A program made the translations under genes and the position numbers. Shown here one piece after another: positions 38,901 to 48,061 of a stretch of DNA of 56,459 nucleotides. Position 1 is the stretch's first letter. Every line of letters begins with the position of its first letter. The notes beneath the pieces are model-generated. The model was given only the letters and a program-made list of their open reading frames with translations. It made no database searches and had not been told where the DNA came from. The stretch spans positions 1-56,459 of the forward strand of contig JAFLTN010000001.1 of assembly GCA_022510445.1 (NCBI GenBank), read 5' to 3'. This DNA comes from Muribaculaceae bacterium. GTDB lineage: Bacteria; Bacteroidota; Bacteroidia; Bacteroidales; Muribaculaceae.

Positions 38901-39133
38901 TTCTTATGACCGGATTGTCTTCTGCTTTTGCCTTGATTCCACTTGCTTTAAGGTCAACCAGTCCCGGTAACGAGATTCAGGCTCCTATGGCTATTGTTAT
39001 CCTTGGAGGACTTATTTCTTCAACATTGTTAAATATTTTTATTGTACCGGTGATATATAACATCCTCTGTGAACGTGGCCATATCGCCGACGAGTGTGCA
39101 TGCAAAGAATGTAGCAAAAATAAACACTCCTGA
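35999..39133 (+). CDS. Heavy-metal efflux RND permease (CzcA/CusA family)
   Basis: IDIFPDLN.P.V, APEEVEQMVTFPIE, NTMTLGGIAIAIGSLVDDAIVDVEN, RLNPILMT motifs. Confidence 0.93.
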   Translation: MLDRIIKFSLDNHIIILVLSFLLLAAGMVELFRTEIDIFPDLNAPTVVVMTEAPGMAPEEVEQMVTFPIESGLNGTPGVRRVRSSSATGFSVVWVEFDWSTPVKDARQSIIERLPAISSDIPADAGTPTLGPPSSILGEIMIIGLSSDSLSGGELRSVADRAIRPRLLAIGGVASVSVIGGGILEYAVNLNPAKMKRYGVSLEDVTDALSGFNSNASGGILNDYDNEYLVKAAISSADFSQLEMTPVLSSTGKTLVLADIAEIRLDSKTPEIGKASLNAESAVLITVTKQPGFGSISLIESINNELTSIASSLPSGINLNTEIFRQSDFISGSVSNLQASLFEGALFVVIILFIFLMNWRTTVISAIAIPMSVIITLLIIAALGFSVNTMTLGGIAIAIGSLVDDAIVDVENVYRHLRINRTLPPELRKPRSVVVFEASREVRMPILNSSLIIMASFLPLFFLNGMEGRMLIPLGISFIIALLASTVVALTLTPVLCLYLLASSRNETKNEREPWLTFRLGILYRKLLDSVLHHPAPVFIITIAFLVFAAVVFPFLGRSFLPPFNEGSFTVNVSALPGISLEMSDSIGRMAERLILEVPEVKLTARKTGRAELDEHSLGSNVSEIEVPYSLSSGRSREEVANDIRTRLKTLPGVNIEIGQPISHRIDAMLSGSEAQIAVKVFGPDLDNLFSLGKEIASAMNEVPGIVDVNVEQQIPRPQIEIKPRRQILARYGITIPQFSRFIESALSGIRVSRVYSDNVPFDITLKIDPSFKNSIQSLGDIPVDTPLGPVPLANIADIISTSGPSTINREDVSRRIVVSANVEGRDLRGAVNDIKKNIDKDVRIPRGYHISLGGQFESEEAASRTLMITAIGAIILIFFLLYAEFNNITQSLVILLNMPLAVIGGILILWITGSDLNIPAIIGFISLLGISTRNGMLLMSHYNQLLHQGVYLHKRVIRGSADRLNPILMTGLSSAFALIPLALRSTSPGNEIQAPMAIVILGGLISSTLLNIFIVPVIYNILCERGHIADECACKECSKNKHS

Positions 39134-39172
39134 TTTCCGTTTATATTTATTGACTTTGCATAATTTATTCTT

Positions 39173-40369
39173 ATGAACAGATTCTGCTTTTCTTTGCTTT
39201 CTATCTTAATCTCCGTTATTGCTTTTTCAGCTTCTCTTGACGAAACTGCTTTGTCTATCCTTAGAGGTAGTTCCTCTTTCCGAAGTGGGTCGCTCTCTTT
39301 ATTGTCGTTGGAAGAGACTTTGAAAACCGATGGCAACTTGCCCGACCCTCAGTTCGAAGGCGAATTCCTCGCTGCGCCCAAAGGAGAAACTGACCGATGG
39401 GGGGCAGAACTGTCATGGAGTCTTGAATGGCCCGGTGTCTACTCCGAACGTAAAAAAGAATCTGATTTACGACTGCTTGCTGCTAAAGAAAGATTGAATT
39501 ATGACAGAGCTGAAAAATTGGGTAACATAAAATCTTTGCTTCTGGATTTTATCTTCTGCAGTAAAAAATTAGATGTGATTAATGGATTGCAGCAAAGCAA
39601 CGACTCGATTTTCCATTATGCGGAAGTCTCTGCTAAAAACGGTCAGATTACTATGCTGGATCTCAACAAAATCAGACTTGAAAAAGCTAATGTAACTGCT
39701 GCTAAAGCAGGTGTCTTGAATGAGCGTGCTGAAATCATAAATTCCCTTACGGAGATCTACGGAGATGACTGTTCTAATCTTTTAGCCGGTCTGAATTGTG
39801 AATTTCCGGAAATATATATCCCTTCTGAAACTGAAATGGATATGATCAGTAAAAATTCTCCGGATTTTAAATCTGCTTTGGCAGAGACTGAGGCTGCACG
39901 GAGAGGAAAGAAACTGGCTCTTATGGAAGCCCTTCCCAATATCTCTTTCGGCTATAAGCATGCTTTTGAAGACGGAGTTCATTTCAATGGAGCTACATTG
40001 GGAATTTCCCTACCTCTCTTTTCTTCGCATAATAAACAGAAAGCCGCGCAAGCCATAATCCTGGAGAATGAATTTAACATCGAAGCTTCTGCCTCTGCTG
40101 CCTCTGCTGAAGCAAATGCATTATTAAACCAGCTTAAACTGATGAAAGACCAGATAGACACCATCCAGCCGGTACTACTAAACACGGATCACTCCGCCCT
40201 CCTCATTAAAGCTTACGAAGAAGGGCTTATATCCATGATTGATTATCTCACTGAGCGCAATTATTTCACTTCTGCCCACCTTGAACTCTTATCACTTCGA
40301 CTATCTGCGGCCAAGGCACAGATCTGCCTCCTCAAATTTATTGATCCTCAAAATTATCAGATCAATTGA
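39173..40369 (+). CDS. TolC-family outer membrane efflux protein (CzcC-like)
   Basis: LPDP, LPNISFGY...GISLPLF, AYEEGLISMIDYL OEP motifs; third gene of the HME operon. Confidence 0.82.
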   Translation: MNRFCFSLLSILISVIAFSASLDETALSILRGSSSFRSGSLSLLSLEETLKTDGNLPDPQFEGEFLAAPKGETDRWGAELSWSLEWPGVYSERKKESDLRLLAAKERLNYDRAEKLGNIKSLLLDFIFCSKKLDVINGLQQSNDSIFHYAEVSAKNGQITMLDLNKIRLEKANVTAAKAGVLNERAEIINSLTEIYGDDCSNLLAGLNCEFPEIYIPSETEMDMISKNSPDFKSALAETEAARRGKKLALMEALPNISFGYKHAFEDGVHFNGATLGISLPLFSSHNKQKAAQAIILENEFNIEASASAASAEANALLNQLKLMKDQIDTIQPVLLNTDHSALLIKAYEEGLISMIDYLTERNYFTSAHLELLSLRLSAAKAQICLLKFIDPQNYQIN

Positions 40370-40601
40370 TTTATTACCCTATTCTTTTTACTATTTATAA
40401 ACATAACGTTGGGCATACCTTTACACTAAGAAGCGAAACTTTCCATCTTTTTCTTCATTTTTTAACAAAAAAATATTGTCCCTTTAATCCAAATCGTTTT
40501 ATCTTTGTTAAATTAATAAAGGCTTCTGTATTATCTTTTTGATTTTAAGACAGACAGCCTATGAACATAACGCTATATTAACCCGAAAAAACATTAAGAC
40601 T

Positions 40602-40826
40602 ATGGAAAGCGAAGATATCAGAAAAGAACGTGAAGAAGAAAAAAAACGTGAAGAAGCACGTGAGGCAATAGAGGAAGCTTCACAAGAAGAAATACGGAAT
40701 TTTGCCGAAACTCAACCAAACACAGCTCCTAACTCTTTCTGGGGTCAGAGCGGAACATGGTGGATTCTTGGCATTGCCGGTATCCTTATTATTTTCCTCG
40801 TTATTTGGGTATGCTTCTTCAGTTAA
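40602..40826 (+). CDS. Small protein with charged N-terminus and C-terminal TM anchor
   Basis: ATG at 40602 (MESEDIRKERE…WWILGIAGILIIFLVIWVCFFS); TATCTTTG -7 element near 40500. Confidence 0.65.
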   Translation: MESEDIRKEREEEKKREEAREAIEEASQEEIRNFAETQPNTAPNSFWGQSGTWWILGIAGILIIFLVIWVCFFS

Positions 40827-40870
40827 TAATTAAATGAAGGGATCATCTTATCCCATCTAAATAATTTTAT

Positions 40871-40906
40871 GCACTGTCTGAAAAAAATAATTCATTCGGA
40901 CAGTGC
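40871..40906 (+). terminator. Stem-loop
   Basis: GCACTGTCTGAA...TTCGGACAGTGC stem with one G-U pair. Confidence 0.5.
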
Positions 40907-40951
40907 TATAGGTTTTTCCTTATATACTAAAACAACTAACCATCCCGACTC

Positions 40952-42367
40952 ATGAGATTAAGCCATCTCGCCTTATTTATAATTCCATTTCTCTCCCCGG
41001 TTATTGCCATCTCTGCTAACAAAGATTATCTGGAGAGTCATGTTCCTGACCAATGGCAGTTTTCTCAGGAGAATTTCCAGACATTGCCGGTCGACGATGA
41101 ATGGTGGAATTCTTTTAACGACCCCGTGCTTACCCAACTTATCAAACTCGCTGTATCAAACAACTATAATATGGCATCTGCTCTCAAGCGAATCGAAATG
41201 GCATCGAAGGAAATTGGCATTGCCAAAGCCGGCTATTATCCCTCCGTTTCTTTGTCCGGCGGATGGTCTAAAGAACAGATAAGTGGACGCTCTGCCGGAA
41301 TGATGTCTAAGGGGACTGTTTCCGATTATTTTTCTTTGGGGGCTTCGATGAACTGGGAGATTGATGTCTTTGGACGCGTATATTCAGGCGTTAAGGAGAA
41401 AAAAGCTGCTTACAACGTAGCACGTGCAGACTTTGACGCGGTAATGGTAAGTCTCTGTGCAAGTGTGGCCACAGCATATATGCAGCTTAGAACATATGAG
41501 GAGGAACTGCGCGTTGCCAATTCTCACATAGAATCACAATCTTATGTATGTAAGATAACGAAAGCCCGATATGAAGCCGATCTCGGTGATATGCTTGATG
41601 TCACTCAGGCAAATGTCGTGCTTTATCAGACAGAATCCACCCTCCCTACTCTGAAATCCAACATCCGGACAATGAAAAACTCGATAGCCCTGCTGGTTGG
41701 TGAATATCCGGGGGTAATAGACGATCTTCTCGACAGCAATAACAATTCTCTACCTGAGTATCAGCAGACCGTGTCTATTGGGGTTCCTGCGGAAATCCTG
41801 CGTCGGCGTCCCGATATCGTGGAAGCCGAGATGACTCTCGCGGAATACGCCGCAGCCATCGGGGTCGCAAAAAAAGATTTTCTCCCCACTCTGTCACTTA
41901 CAGGTGAAATTGCTACTACTTCCAAGAATATCGACGGACTTTTCGGGAAATACAGTCTTGCTTATTCTATAGCGCCTCAGCTTTCATGGACTCTTTTCGA
42001 AGGCCTTTCCCGAAATTACGCTCTCTCTGAGGCCAAGCTGCAGATGGAGTCGGCCATTGATCAGTATAATCTCACTGTTATGACAGCTATCGAAGAAGTC
42101 GATAATGCTCTTGTAAATTATTCTTCGCTTCTTGATGCCATCGAATTGCAGAAAAAAGTCGTCGAGGAAAGCAAGAAGAGCATGGAACTTTCTTTCGAGC
42201 TCTATAGAAGCGGACTCACAATGTTCACTAATGTTGTCGACGGACAGATAAGCTGGCTCACAAACCAGAACACCCTCGCCTCTTTACAGGGTGAAGCTTT
42301 GGCAGCTCTTGTTTCCATTTATAAGGCTCTCGGAGGTGGATGGGCCTCTTTTCCCTCTTCAAAATAA
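40952..42367 (+). CDS. TolC/NodT-family outer membrane factor
   Basis: WWNSFNDPVL, WEIDVFG, PAEILRRRPDI, YKALGGGW motifs. Confidence 0.92.
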   Translation: MRLSHLALFIIPFLSPVIAISANKDYLESHVPDQWQFSQENFQTLPVDDEWWNSFNDPVLTQLIKLAVSNNYNMASALKRIEMASKEIGIAKAGYYPSVSLSGGWSKEQISGRSAGMMSKGTVSDYFSLGASMNWEIDVFGRVYSGVKEKKAAYNVARADFDAVMVSLCASVATAYMQLRTYEEELRVANSHIESQSYVCKITKARYEADLGDMLDVTQANVVLYQTESTLPTLKSNIRTMKNSIALLVGEYPGVIDDLLDSNNNSLPEYQQTVSIGVPAEILRRRPDIVEAEMTLAEYAAAIGVAKKDFLPTLSLTGEIATTSKNIDGLFGKYSLAYSIAPQLSWTLFEGLSRNYALSEAKLQMESAIDQYNLTVMTAIEEVDNALVNYSSLLDAIELQKKVVEESKKSMELSFELYRSGLTMFTNVVDGQISWLTNQNTLASLQGEALAALVSIYKALGGGWASFPSSK

Positions 42368-42403
42368 ATCCCAATTAATTTTTTCGATACAATTTAAGAT
42401 ATC

Positions 42404-43519
42404 ATGAACCTAAACTTTATAATAACCACTGGATTTATAGCTATTTCACTCTTTGCGGCTTGCCATAAGGACAAAAAAACGACTGAATCTGACCCCCGAC
42501 CGGTCGATGTGGCTGAAGCTTACACCGATTCAGTGGTCTTATATTCCACTTACCCCGGCTATCTAACCGCCGAATATTACGCTGAAGTGGTCGGACTCGT
42601 CAACGGCACTCTCAGGACTATGAACTATCAGTCGGGCCAGCATGTCACAAAAGGCCAGACTCTTTTTACCATCGACCCTACTCTTTATCAGGATGCCGTC
42701 TTAAGAGCCGAAGCTACTCTTAAGTCTAATGAAAGCAATCTTCAGTATGCCAAGTCTCATTATGAAGCTGTCATGAAAGCTCTTGAAGATAATGCGGTCT
42801 CGAAGATGGAGGTCCTTCAGGCAGAAAGCGATTATCAGCAGGCTCAGGCGAGCGTCAACGACAGCAAGGCTGCACTTCATACCGCACAGGTAAATCTCGG
42901 TTATTGCACTGTCACGGCTCCTATCTCAGGATACATCTCATCAAATACCCTGAGTATCGGAAACTATATCACCGGGGGTGACGCTCCCGTAAAACTCGCC
43001 GAAATTTACGACAACACTCATCTCACTGCCAATTTTGAAGTAGAAGAAGCTCAATATGAGAGGATGACCGCCGGACACAAGACTATTGACGACAAACTCT
43101 ATAAAGATGTGCCCCTCTCTTTCAACCAGCCTTTGCGTAATTCTTATAAGGCCGACCTCAATTATGTCGCTCCTTCTGTCGACCGTTCCACAGGAACTCT
43201 CATACTACAGGGTAAAATCACTAATGTCGACAATGAGCTTAAAGAGGGTATGTATGTCACCATCTCTCTTCCATATGGTGATAATCCCAAAGCTGTCCTT
43301 GTTAAAGATGCCTCTATTGCAACGGATCAGATAGGGAAATATATGTATCTGGTCAATGATTCCAATATTGTTGTGAAACGAAGGATTGATGCAGGTGAAA
43401 TCTATCAGGATTCCCTCCGGGTAATTAACAGTGGCATTCAACCCGGTGACAAATACATCACTAAGGCCCTCCTTACTGTGCGTGCCGGTGAACCTGTAAA
43501 GCCGGTTCTCACAAAATGA
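42404..43519 (+). CDS. RND periplasmic adaptor (AcrA-like) lipoprotein
   Basis: Lipobox FAAC; VTKGQTLFTIDP, LGYCTVTAPISG motifs. Confidence 0.9.
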   Translation: MNLNFIITTGFIAISLFAACHKDKKTTESDPRPVDVAEAYTDSVVLYSTYPGYLTAEYYAEVVGLVNGTLRTMNYQSGQHVTKGQTLFTIDPTLYQDAVLRAEATLKSNESNLQYAKSHYEAVMKALEDNAVSKMEVLQAESDYQQAQASVNDSKAALHTAQVNLGYCTVTAPISGYISSNTLSIGNYITGGDAPVKLAEIYDNTHLTANFEVEEAQYERMTAGHKTIDDKLYKDVPLSFNQPLRNSYKADLNYVAPSVDRSTGTLILQGKITNVDNELKEGMYVTISLPYGDNPKAVLVKDASIATDQIGKYMYLVNDSNIVVKRRIDAGEIYQDSLRVINSGIQPGDKYITKALLTVRAGEPVKPVLTK

Positions 43520-43603
43520 CAGGACACCCTCATTTAAAGACCATTTTGAGTTAAAGCGATTCTGCTATCCTAAAAACTAAACATCAAACCATAAAACGTC
43601 AAA

Positions 43604-46600
43604 ATGTTTTCAAGATTCTTTATACAGCGTCCTATTTTTGCTACAGTGTTGGCTCTATTGATGATCTTCGCCGGTATCCTAACAGTGAAGACTCTCCCCA
43701 TAGGGCAATATCCCGACAATATCTCTCCTCCCACAGTTTCCGTCTCTGCATCTTATCCCGGTGCCAACGCCGAAACTGTCGCGAAGGCCGTGGCTGTTCC
43801 AATCGAGGAGAATATCAACGGTGTAGAAGGCATGATGTATATGAGTTCTACCTGTGGTTCCGACGGTTCCTATAGCCTCACCATCACTTTCAATAATAAT
43901 GTTAACCTTGACAATGCCGCTGTCGAGGTGCAGAACAGGGTCTCACAAGCTTCTGCAATGATCCCTTCTGTAGTCACTGAAGAAGGAATCAATGTCAGGA
44001 AACAGAGCACAAATAACGTCCTTTTCATATCCTTGAGCTCCGATGATCCAGAACTTTATAATGCACTTTATCTCACTAACTACGCTCAGCTGAACATAAC
44101 CGACGTTCTTTCCCGGGTAGAAGGGGTGGGAGCCGTTAATGCTTTCGGTGGAGGTGAATACAGCATGCGTGTCTGGCTGGATCCTCTCCGAATGAGAGCC
44201 AGAAATATCACACCCGCAGATGTCACAGCTGCCATTCAGGCCCAGAATATTGAGGTCTCTCCGGGTTCTGTAGGAAATCCTCCAGGCGACAATGGCACTC
44301 AGTTCTCTTTCACCCTTACAACACAGGGTCAGCTTACAACCTCCGATCAGTTTGGGAACATCATCCTCAAGACCGACGGCAATGGCATTCTGCGTCTCAA
44401 GGATGTAGCCGATGTTGAACTGGGAAGTACAAGCTATTCCGCCGTTTCAAAAATCAACGGCAGGGAAACAGCCCTTATCGGGGTGGCTCAGCGACCGGGA
44501 GCCAATGCTCTCGAAGTGGCAAACGGCACTCTTAAGCGTCTTGACGAATTGTCCGAATATTTCCCTGAAGGGATACATTATAACGTAGTGCTAAATGCCA
44601 CAGACTATGTCAGGGCTTCCATTGACGACGTGTTTACAACATTCATTATTACCACTCTCATCGTAATGGCGGTAATATTGATTTTCCTTCAGAACTGGCG
44701 TGCTGTTATCATACCTATGATCACAATACCCGTTTCCCTGATTGCAACTTTCGCGGTCATGAAGATCTTGGGATTCTCACTTAATACCCTCACTCTTTTC
44801 GGTCTCGTGCTCGCAATCGCCATCGTGGTCGACGATGCTATTGTCGTCGTGGAAGACTGTTCGCGTCTTGTCGACAAGGGTGTCCTCTCTCGTAAACAGG
44901 CAGCCGAAAAAGCGATGATAGAGCTACAGGGACCTGTGGTGGGCGAAGTCCTTGTCTTACTTTCTGTATTTATTCCAACAGCCTTTATCAGTGGTATCAC
45001 CGGAGAACTCTATAAGCAGTTTGCTCTCACTATTGCAGTTTCAACTGCTTTCTCCGGGTTTAATGCCCTCACTTTAACCCCGGCCCTCTGTGCCCTCTTC
45101 CTGAATCCGAGAAAACCTGCCCGGTTCTTCCTTTACAAATGGTTCAACAAGGGGTTCTCTGCCACGGAAAACGGATATGGAAAACTTACGGCAAAGATGC
45201 TCGCACATCCCTTTATCTCGATTCTTATTTATTTCGTTATTTCGGGCATCGCATTCTATGGCTTCCTTAAATGGCCTTCCGGTTATATTCCGGAAGAAGA
45301 TCAAGGCTATTTCATGACCTCTATCCAACTGCCCGACGGTGCATCTTTGGAAAGGACCGAACAGGTAGTCGACGGGCTCGCTGCCGAAATCAAAAAAATC
45401 CCCTACGTGAAAGACGTTATGTCGGTGTCAGGCTTCTCCATGATGGGTGCCGGGGCTCTCTCTAACTATGGTTCTTATTTTGTCATTCTCGAACCATGGA
45501 ACAAACGTGGAAGAAAAGGAAGTGTGGATAAGGTGATGGCTATGGTCGATGAACTGGCCGCTAAATATCAGGAGGCTATAATTTTCTCGATCAATCCTCC
45601 CGCCATTCCGGGTCTTGGCATCTCTTCGGGGCTGCAGATGCAGCTCCTTGATATTAATAGTCTTGGCACTCAGGCTATGATGGACGCTATGTCGCAGGTG
45701 CAGGCAGCCGCTGAAAAAGACCCGAGAATCAAGTCTATTACCTCTCTTTGGACAGGTCTTGTGCCTCAATATGTTATTAATATCGACCGTAACCGTGTGG
45801 AATTACAGAACATATCGATCAATGACGTTTATTCCACCCTCTCTTCCTATATGGGATCCGCTTTTGTAAATGATTTCATCGATTTCGGACGTATTTATCG
45901 CGTCGTCGTCCAGGGCGACGGAACATCTCGTGCCAATGTCGAGGCGATCCCCAAACTCTCGGTTAGGAACACCGAGGGTGAAATGGTCCCGTTCAGCACT
46001 TTCACCGAGGTAGTTCCCTCAATGGGAGAACCGAGTGTGTCACGTTATAATATGTACACGACCGCTTCCCTAACTGCCACTCCGGCCAGTGGCGTCAGTT
46101 CTTCCGAGGGTATAAAGGCAATGGAGGAAATCGTGCATCAGGCTCTGGGTAGAAACTTTTCCTATGCCTGGACCGGTATAGCATATCAGGAAAATCAATC
46201 CGGAACGACTATCAGCTTTGTGTTTATTTTCGCAATTATAATGACAATCCTCGTTCTGGCGGCCCAATACGAAAGCTGGACAAGCCCCGTTGCCGTCGTC
46301 CTTTCTATGCCGATGGCAATCCTTGGAACAATCCTCGGTTGTATTATAATGAAACAGAGTCTGACAATTTACACCCAGATCGGACTTATCCTACTTTTGG
46401 GCATGTCGGCTAAAAACGCAATCCTGATCGTGGAGTATGCCATGGACTTCCGTAAAAGCGGTGTCGATATCATTAAGTCAGCCCATGATGCCGGGGTTAT
46501 CCGGTTCAGACCTATTCTTATGACCGCCTGCGCTTTTGTCTTCGGTGTCATGCCGATGATGTTCGCGACAGGTGCCGGTGCCAACAGCCGTATCGACCTC

Positions 46601-46783
46601 GGATCGGCAGTTGTCTTCGGTATGGCTATGAATGCAATCTTCGGAACTCTGTTCGTTCCTAATCTTTGGGAACTCATGCAGAAATTCCAGGAAAAATATC
46701 TCGACGGTCTTTTCAAGGATCCCACTCCCACTGTAACTTCCGGTCAGAACAATCAGTCCGAGTCTGACGGCGCGGGAATTTAG
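43604..46783 (+). CDS. HAE1-family multidrug RND permease (AcrB-like)
   Basis: FFIQRPIFA, YSMRVWLDP, LNTLTLFGLVLAIAIVVDDAIVVVE, AKNAILIVE, RFRPILMT motifs. Confidence 0.95.
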   Translation: MFSRFFIQRPIFATVLALLMIFAGILTVKTLPIGQYPDNISPPTVSVSASYPGANAETVAKAVAVPIEENINGVEGMMYMSSTCGSDGSYSLTITFNNNVNLDNAAVEVQNRVSQASAMIPSVVTEEGINVRKQSTNNVLFISLSSDDPELYNALYLTNYAQLNITDVLSRVEGVGAVNAFGGGEYSMRVWLDPLRMRARNITPADVTAAIQAQNIEVSPGSVGNPPGDNGTQFSFTLTTQGQLTTSDQFGNIILKTDGNGILRLKDVADVELGSTSYSAVSKINGRETALIGVAQRPGANALEVANGTLKRLDELSEYFPEGIHYNVVLNATDYVRASIDDVFTTFIITTLIVMAVILIFLQNWRAVIIPMITIPVSLIATFAVMKILGFSLNTLTLFGLVLAIAIVVDDAIVVVEDCSRLVDKGVLSRKQAAEKAMIELQGPVVGEVLVLLSVFIPTAFISGITGELYKQFALTIAVSTAFSGFNALTLTPALCALFLNPRKPARFFLYKWFNKGFSATENGYGKLTAKMLAHPFISILIYFVISGIAFYGFLKWPSGYIPEEDQGYFMTSIQLPDGASLERTEQVVDGLAAEIKKIPYVKDVMSVSGFSMMGAGALSNYGSYFVILEPWNKRGRKGSVDKVMAMVDELAAKYQEAIIFSINPPAIPGLGISSGLQMQLLDINSLGTQAMMDAMSQVQAAAEKDPRIKSITSLWTGLVPQYVINIDRNRVELQNISINDVYSTLSSYMGSAFVNDFIDFGRIYRVVVQGDGTSRANVEAIPKLSVRNTEGEMVPFSTFTEVVPSMGEPSVSRYNMYTTASLTATPASGVSSSEGIKAMEEIVHQALGRNFSYAWTGIAYQENQSGTTISFVFIFAIIMTILVLAAQYESWTSPVAVVLSMPMAILGTILGCIIMKQSLTIYTQIGLILLLGMSAKNAILIVEYAMDFRKSGVDIIKSAHDAGVIRFRPILMTACAFVFGVMPMMFATGAGANSRIDLGSAVVFGMAMNAIFGTLFVPNLWELMQKFQEKYLDGLFKDPTPTVTSGQNNQSESDGAGI

Positions 46784-46793
46784 ACCTGTAAGT

Positions 46794-47993
46794 ATGACAT
46801 CTTTCATTCTTGCTTCAATCATCTCCCTCTCATCTTCAGTTGCGACTTCACCTCAAGATTCTGTAATCACGTCAAAGGTTGTCCACAACCTCTCATTGAC
46901 CGCCGGATCCGATTACATTGCTTCTTCTGTAACCGATGAACTTCGGATTCCTGTGGCTGAGGATGAAAGGATTTTTTCTCACTCTGCATTACCAGTTAGC
47001 TTCCGCTATTCTTTCTCATTCAATAATCCGAAGATCAGAAATTATTATCCGGGAGGTTATCAGGGCATTGCAGCAGGAGTCCTGAATATTGGCGCCCTAA
47101 GCCGGGAAGGAGTCCATCGGGCCTCTAAAAATATAGGCTATCCGATACTTGCTTATATTTTTCAGGGCGCACCGTTCTGTCGCTTAAGCCGAAACGTCAC
47201 TTTAGATTATGAATGGAATTTCGGTGCTGCATTAGGTTGGAAGCCTTACGGATTGGATAATTACAGATTTAATCTTACAGTCGGCAGCCGTGTAAATGCT
47301 TATTTAAACCTTTCTTTGCTCCTCAACTGGAAAATAGCAGATGATATAGCTTTTTTCGGTGGGCTCGCTGTCTCCCATTTTTCTAATGGTAATACATCAT
47401 GGCCAAATCCCGGCGTGAATTCCTTGGGGTTGCGTCTTGGAGTCATATTGTCCTTAAATCCTCACCACGGAAATTTCCAGCCGGCTTCTCCCGACACCCT
47501 TCATAAAAAGAGACCGGAATTCGATATTTCCCTTTGGGGCGCATCAAGGAAAAGAGTTTATAAAGGTGGGCCGGAACCCGTTCTGTTGAAAGGTCATTTC
47601 GCCTGTGCGGGAATATCTTTCGCTCCCATGTGGCACCTTAATCCATGGTGGCGTCTTGGAGGTGCCGCCGATATTCAGTGGGATGAGAGTTCTAACCTCC
47701 GGAAACATTATGTCAGCGGTTCAAATTCCGACGATATCACTTTCACTCGTCCGGGAGTAGCAAGTCAGATTTCCTGGGGATTATCTGCCCATGGAGAACT
47801 TCAGATGCCTGTCTTTGCTGTAAATATCGGGATAGGTTATAATCTTATCGCTCCTTTGGAAAACCGGGGTTCATATCAGAACATTACCCTGAAGACCTAT
47901 ATCCTCCCCTCACTGTTTATAAACGTCGGCTATCAGCTTAGGAATTTCCATCAGCAGGCCAACCTGATGCTCGGCCTCGGACTAACTCTTTAA
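46794..47993 (+). CDS. Outer-membrane beta-barrel, acyloxyacyl hydrolase / lipid A deacylase (PagL-like) family
   Basis: HFSNG...PN.GVN motif and alternating beta-strand pattern. Confidence 0.72.
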   Translation: MTSFILASIISLSSSVATSPQDSVITSKVVHNLSLTAGSDYIASSVTDELRIPVAEDERIFSHSALPVSFRYSFSFNNPKIRNYYPGGYQGIAAGVLNIGALSREGVHRASKNIGYPILAYIFQGAPFCRLSRNVTLDYEWNFGAALGWKPYGLDNYRFNLTVGSRVNAYLNLSLLLNWKIADDIAFFGGLAVSHFSNGNTSWPNPGVNSLGLRLGVILSLNPHHGNFQPASPDTLHKKRPEFDISLWGASRKRVYKGGPEPVLLKGHFACAGISFAPMWHLNPWWRLGGAADIQWDESSNLRKHYVSGSNSDDITFTRPGVASQISWGLSAHGELQMPVFAVNIGIGYNLIAPLENRGSYQNITLKTYILPSLFINVGYQLRNFHQQANLMLGLGLTL

Positions 47994-48016
47994 TCCCCTT
48001 ACCTACATTAGAAGAA

Positions 48017-48040
48017 ATCGGGTTCCTTCCGGAACCCGAT
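48017..48040. terminator. Hairpin between convergent genes (probable bidirectional terminator)
   Basis: ATCGGGTTCC-TTCC-GGAACCCGAT perfect 10-bp stem. Confidence 0.75.
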
Positions 48041-48061
48041 CCCCTATTTCGCATTTTAAAA

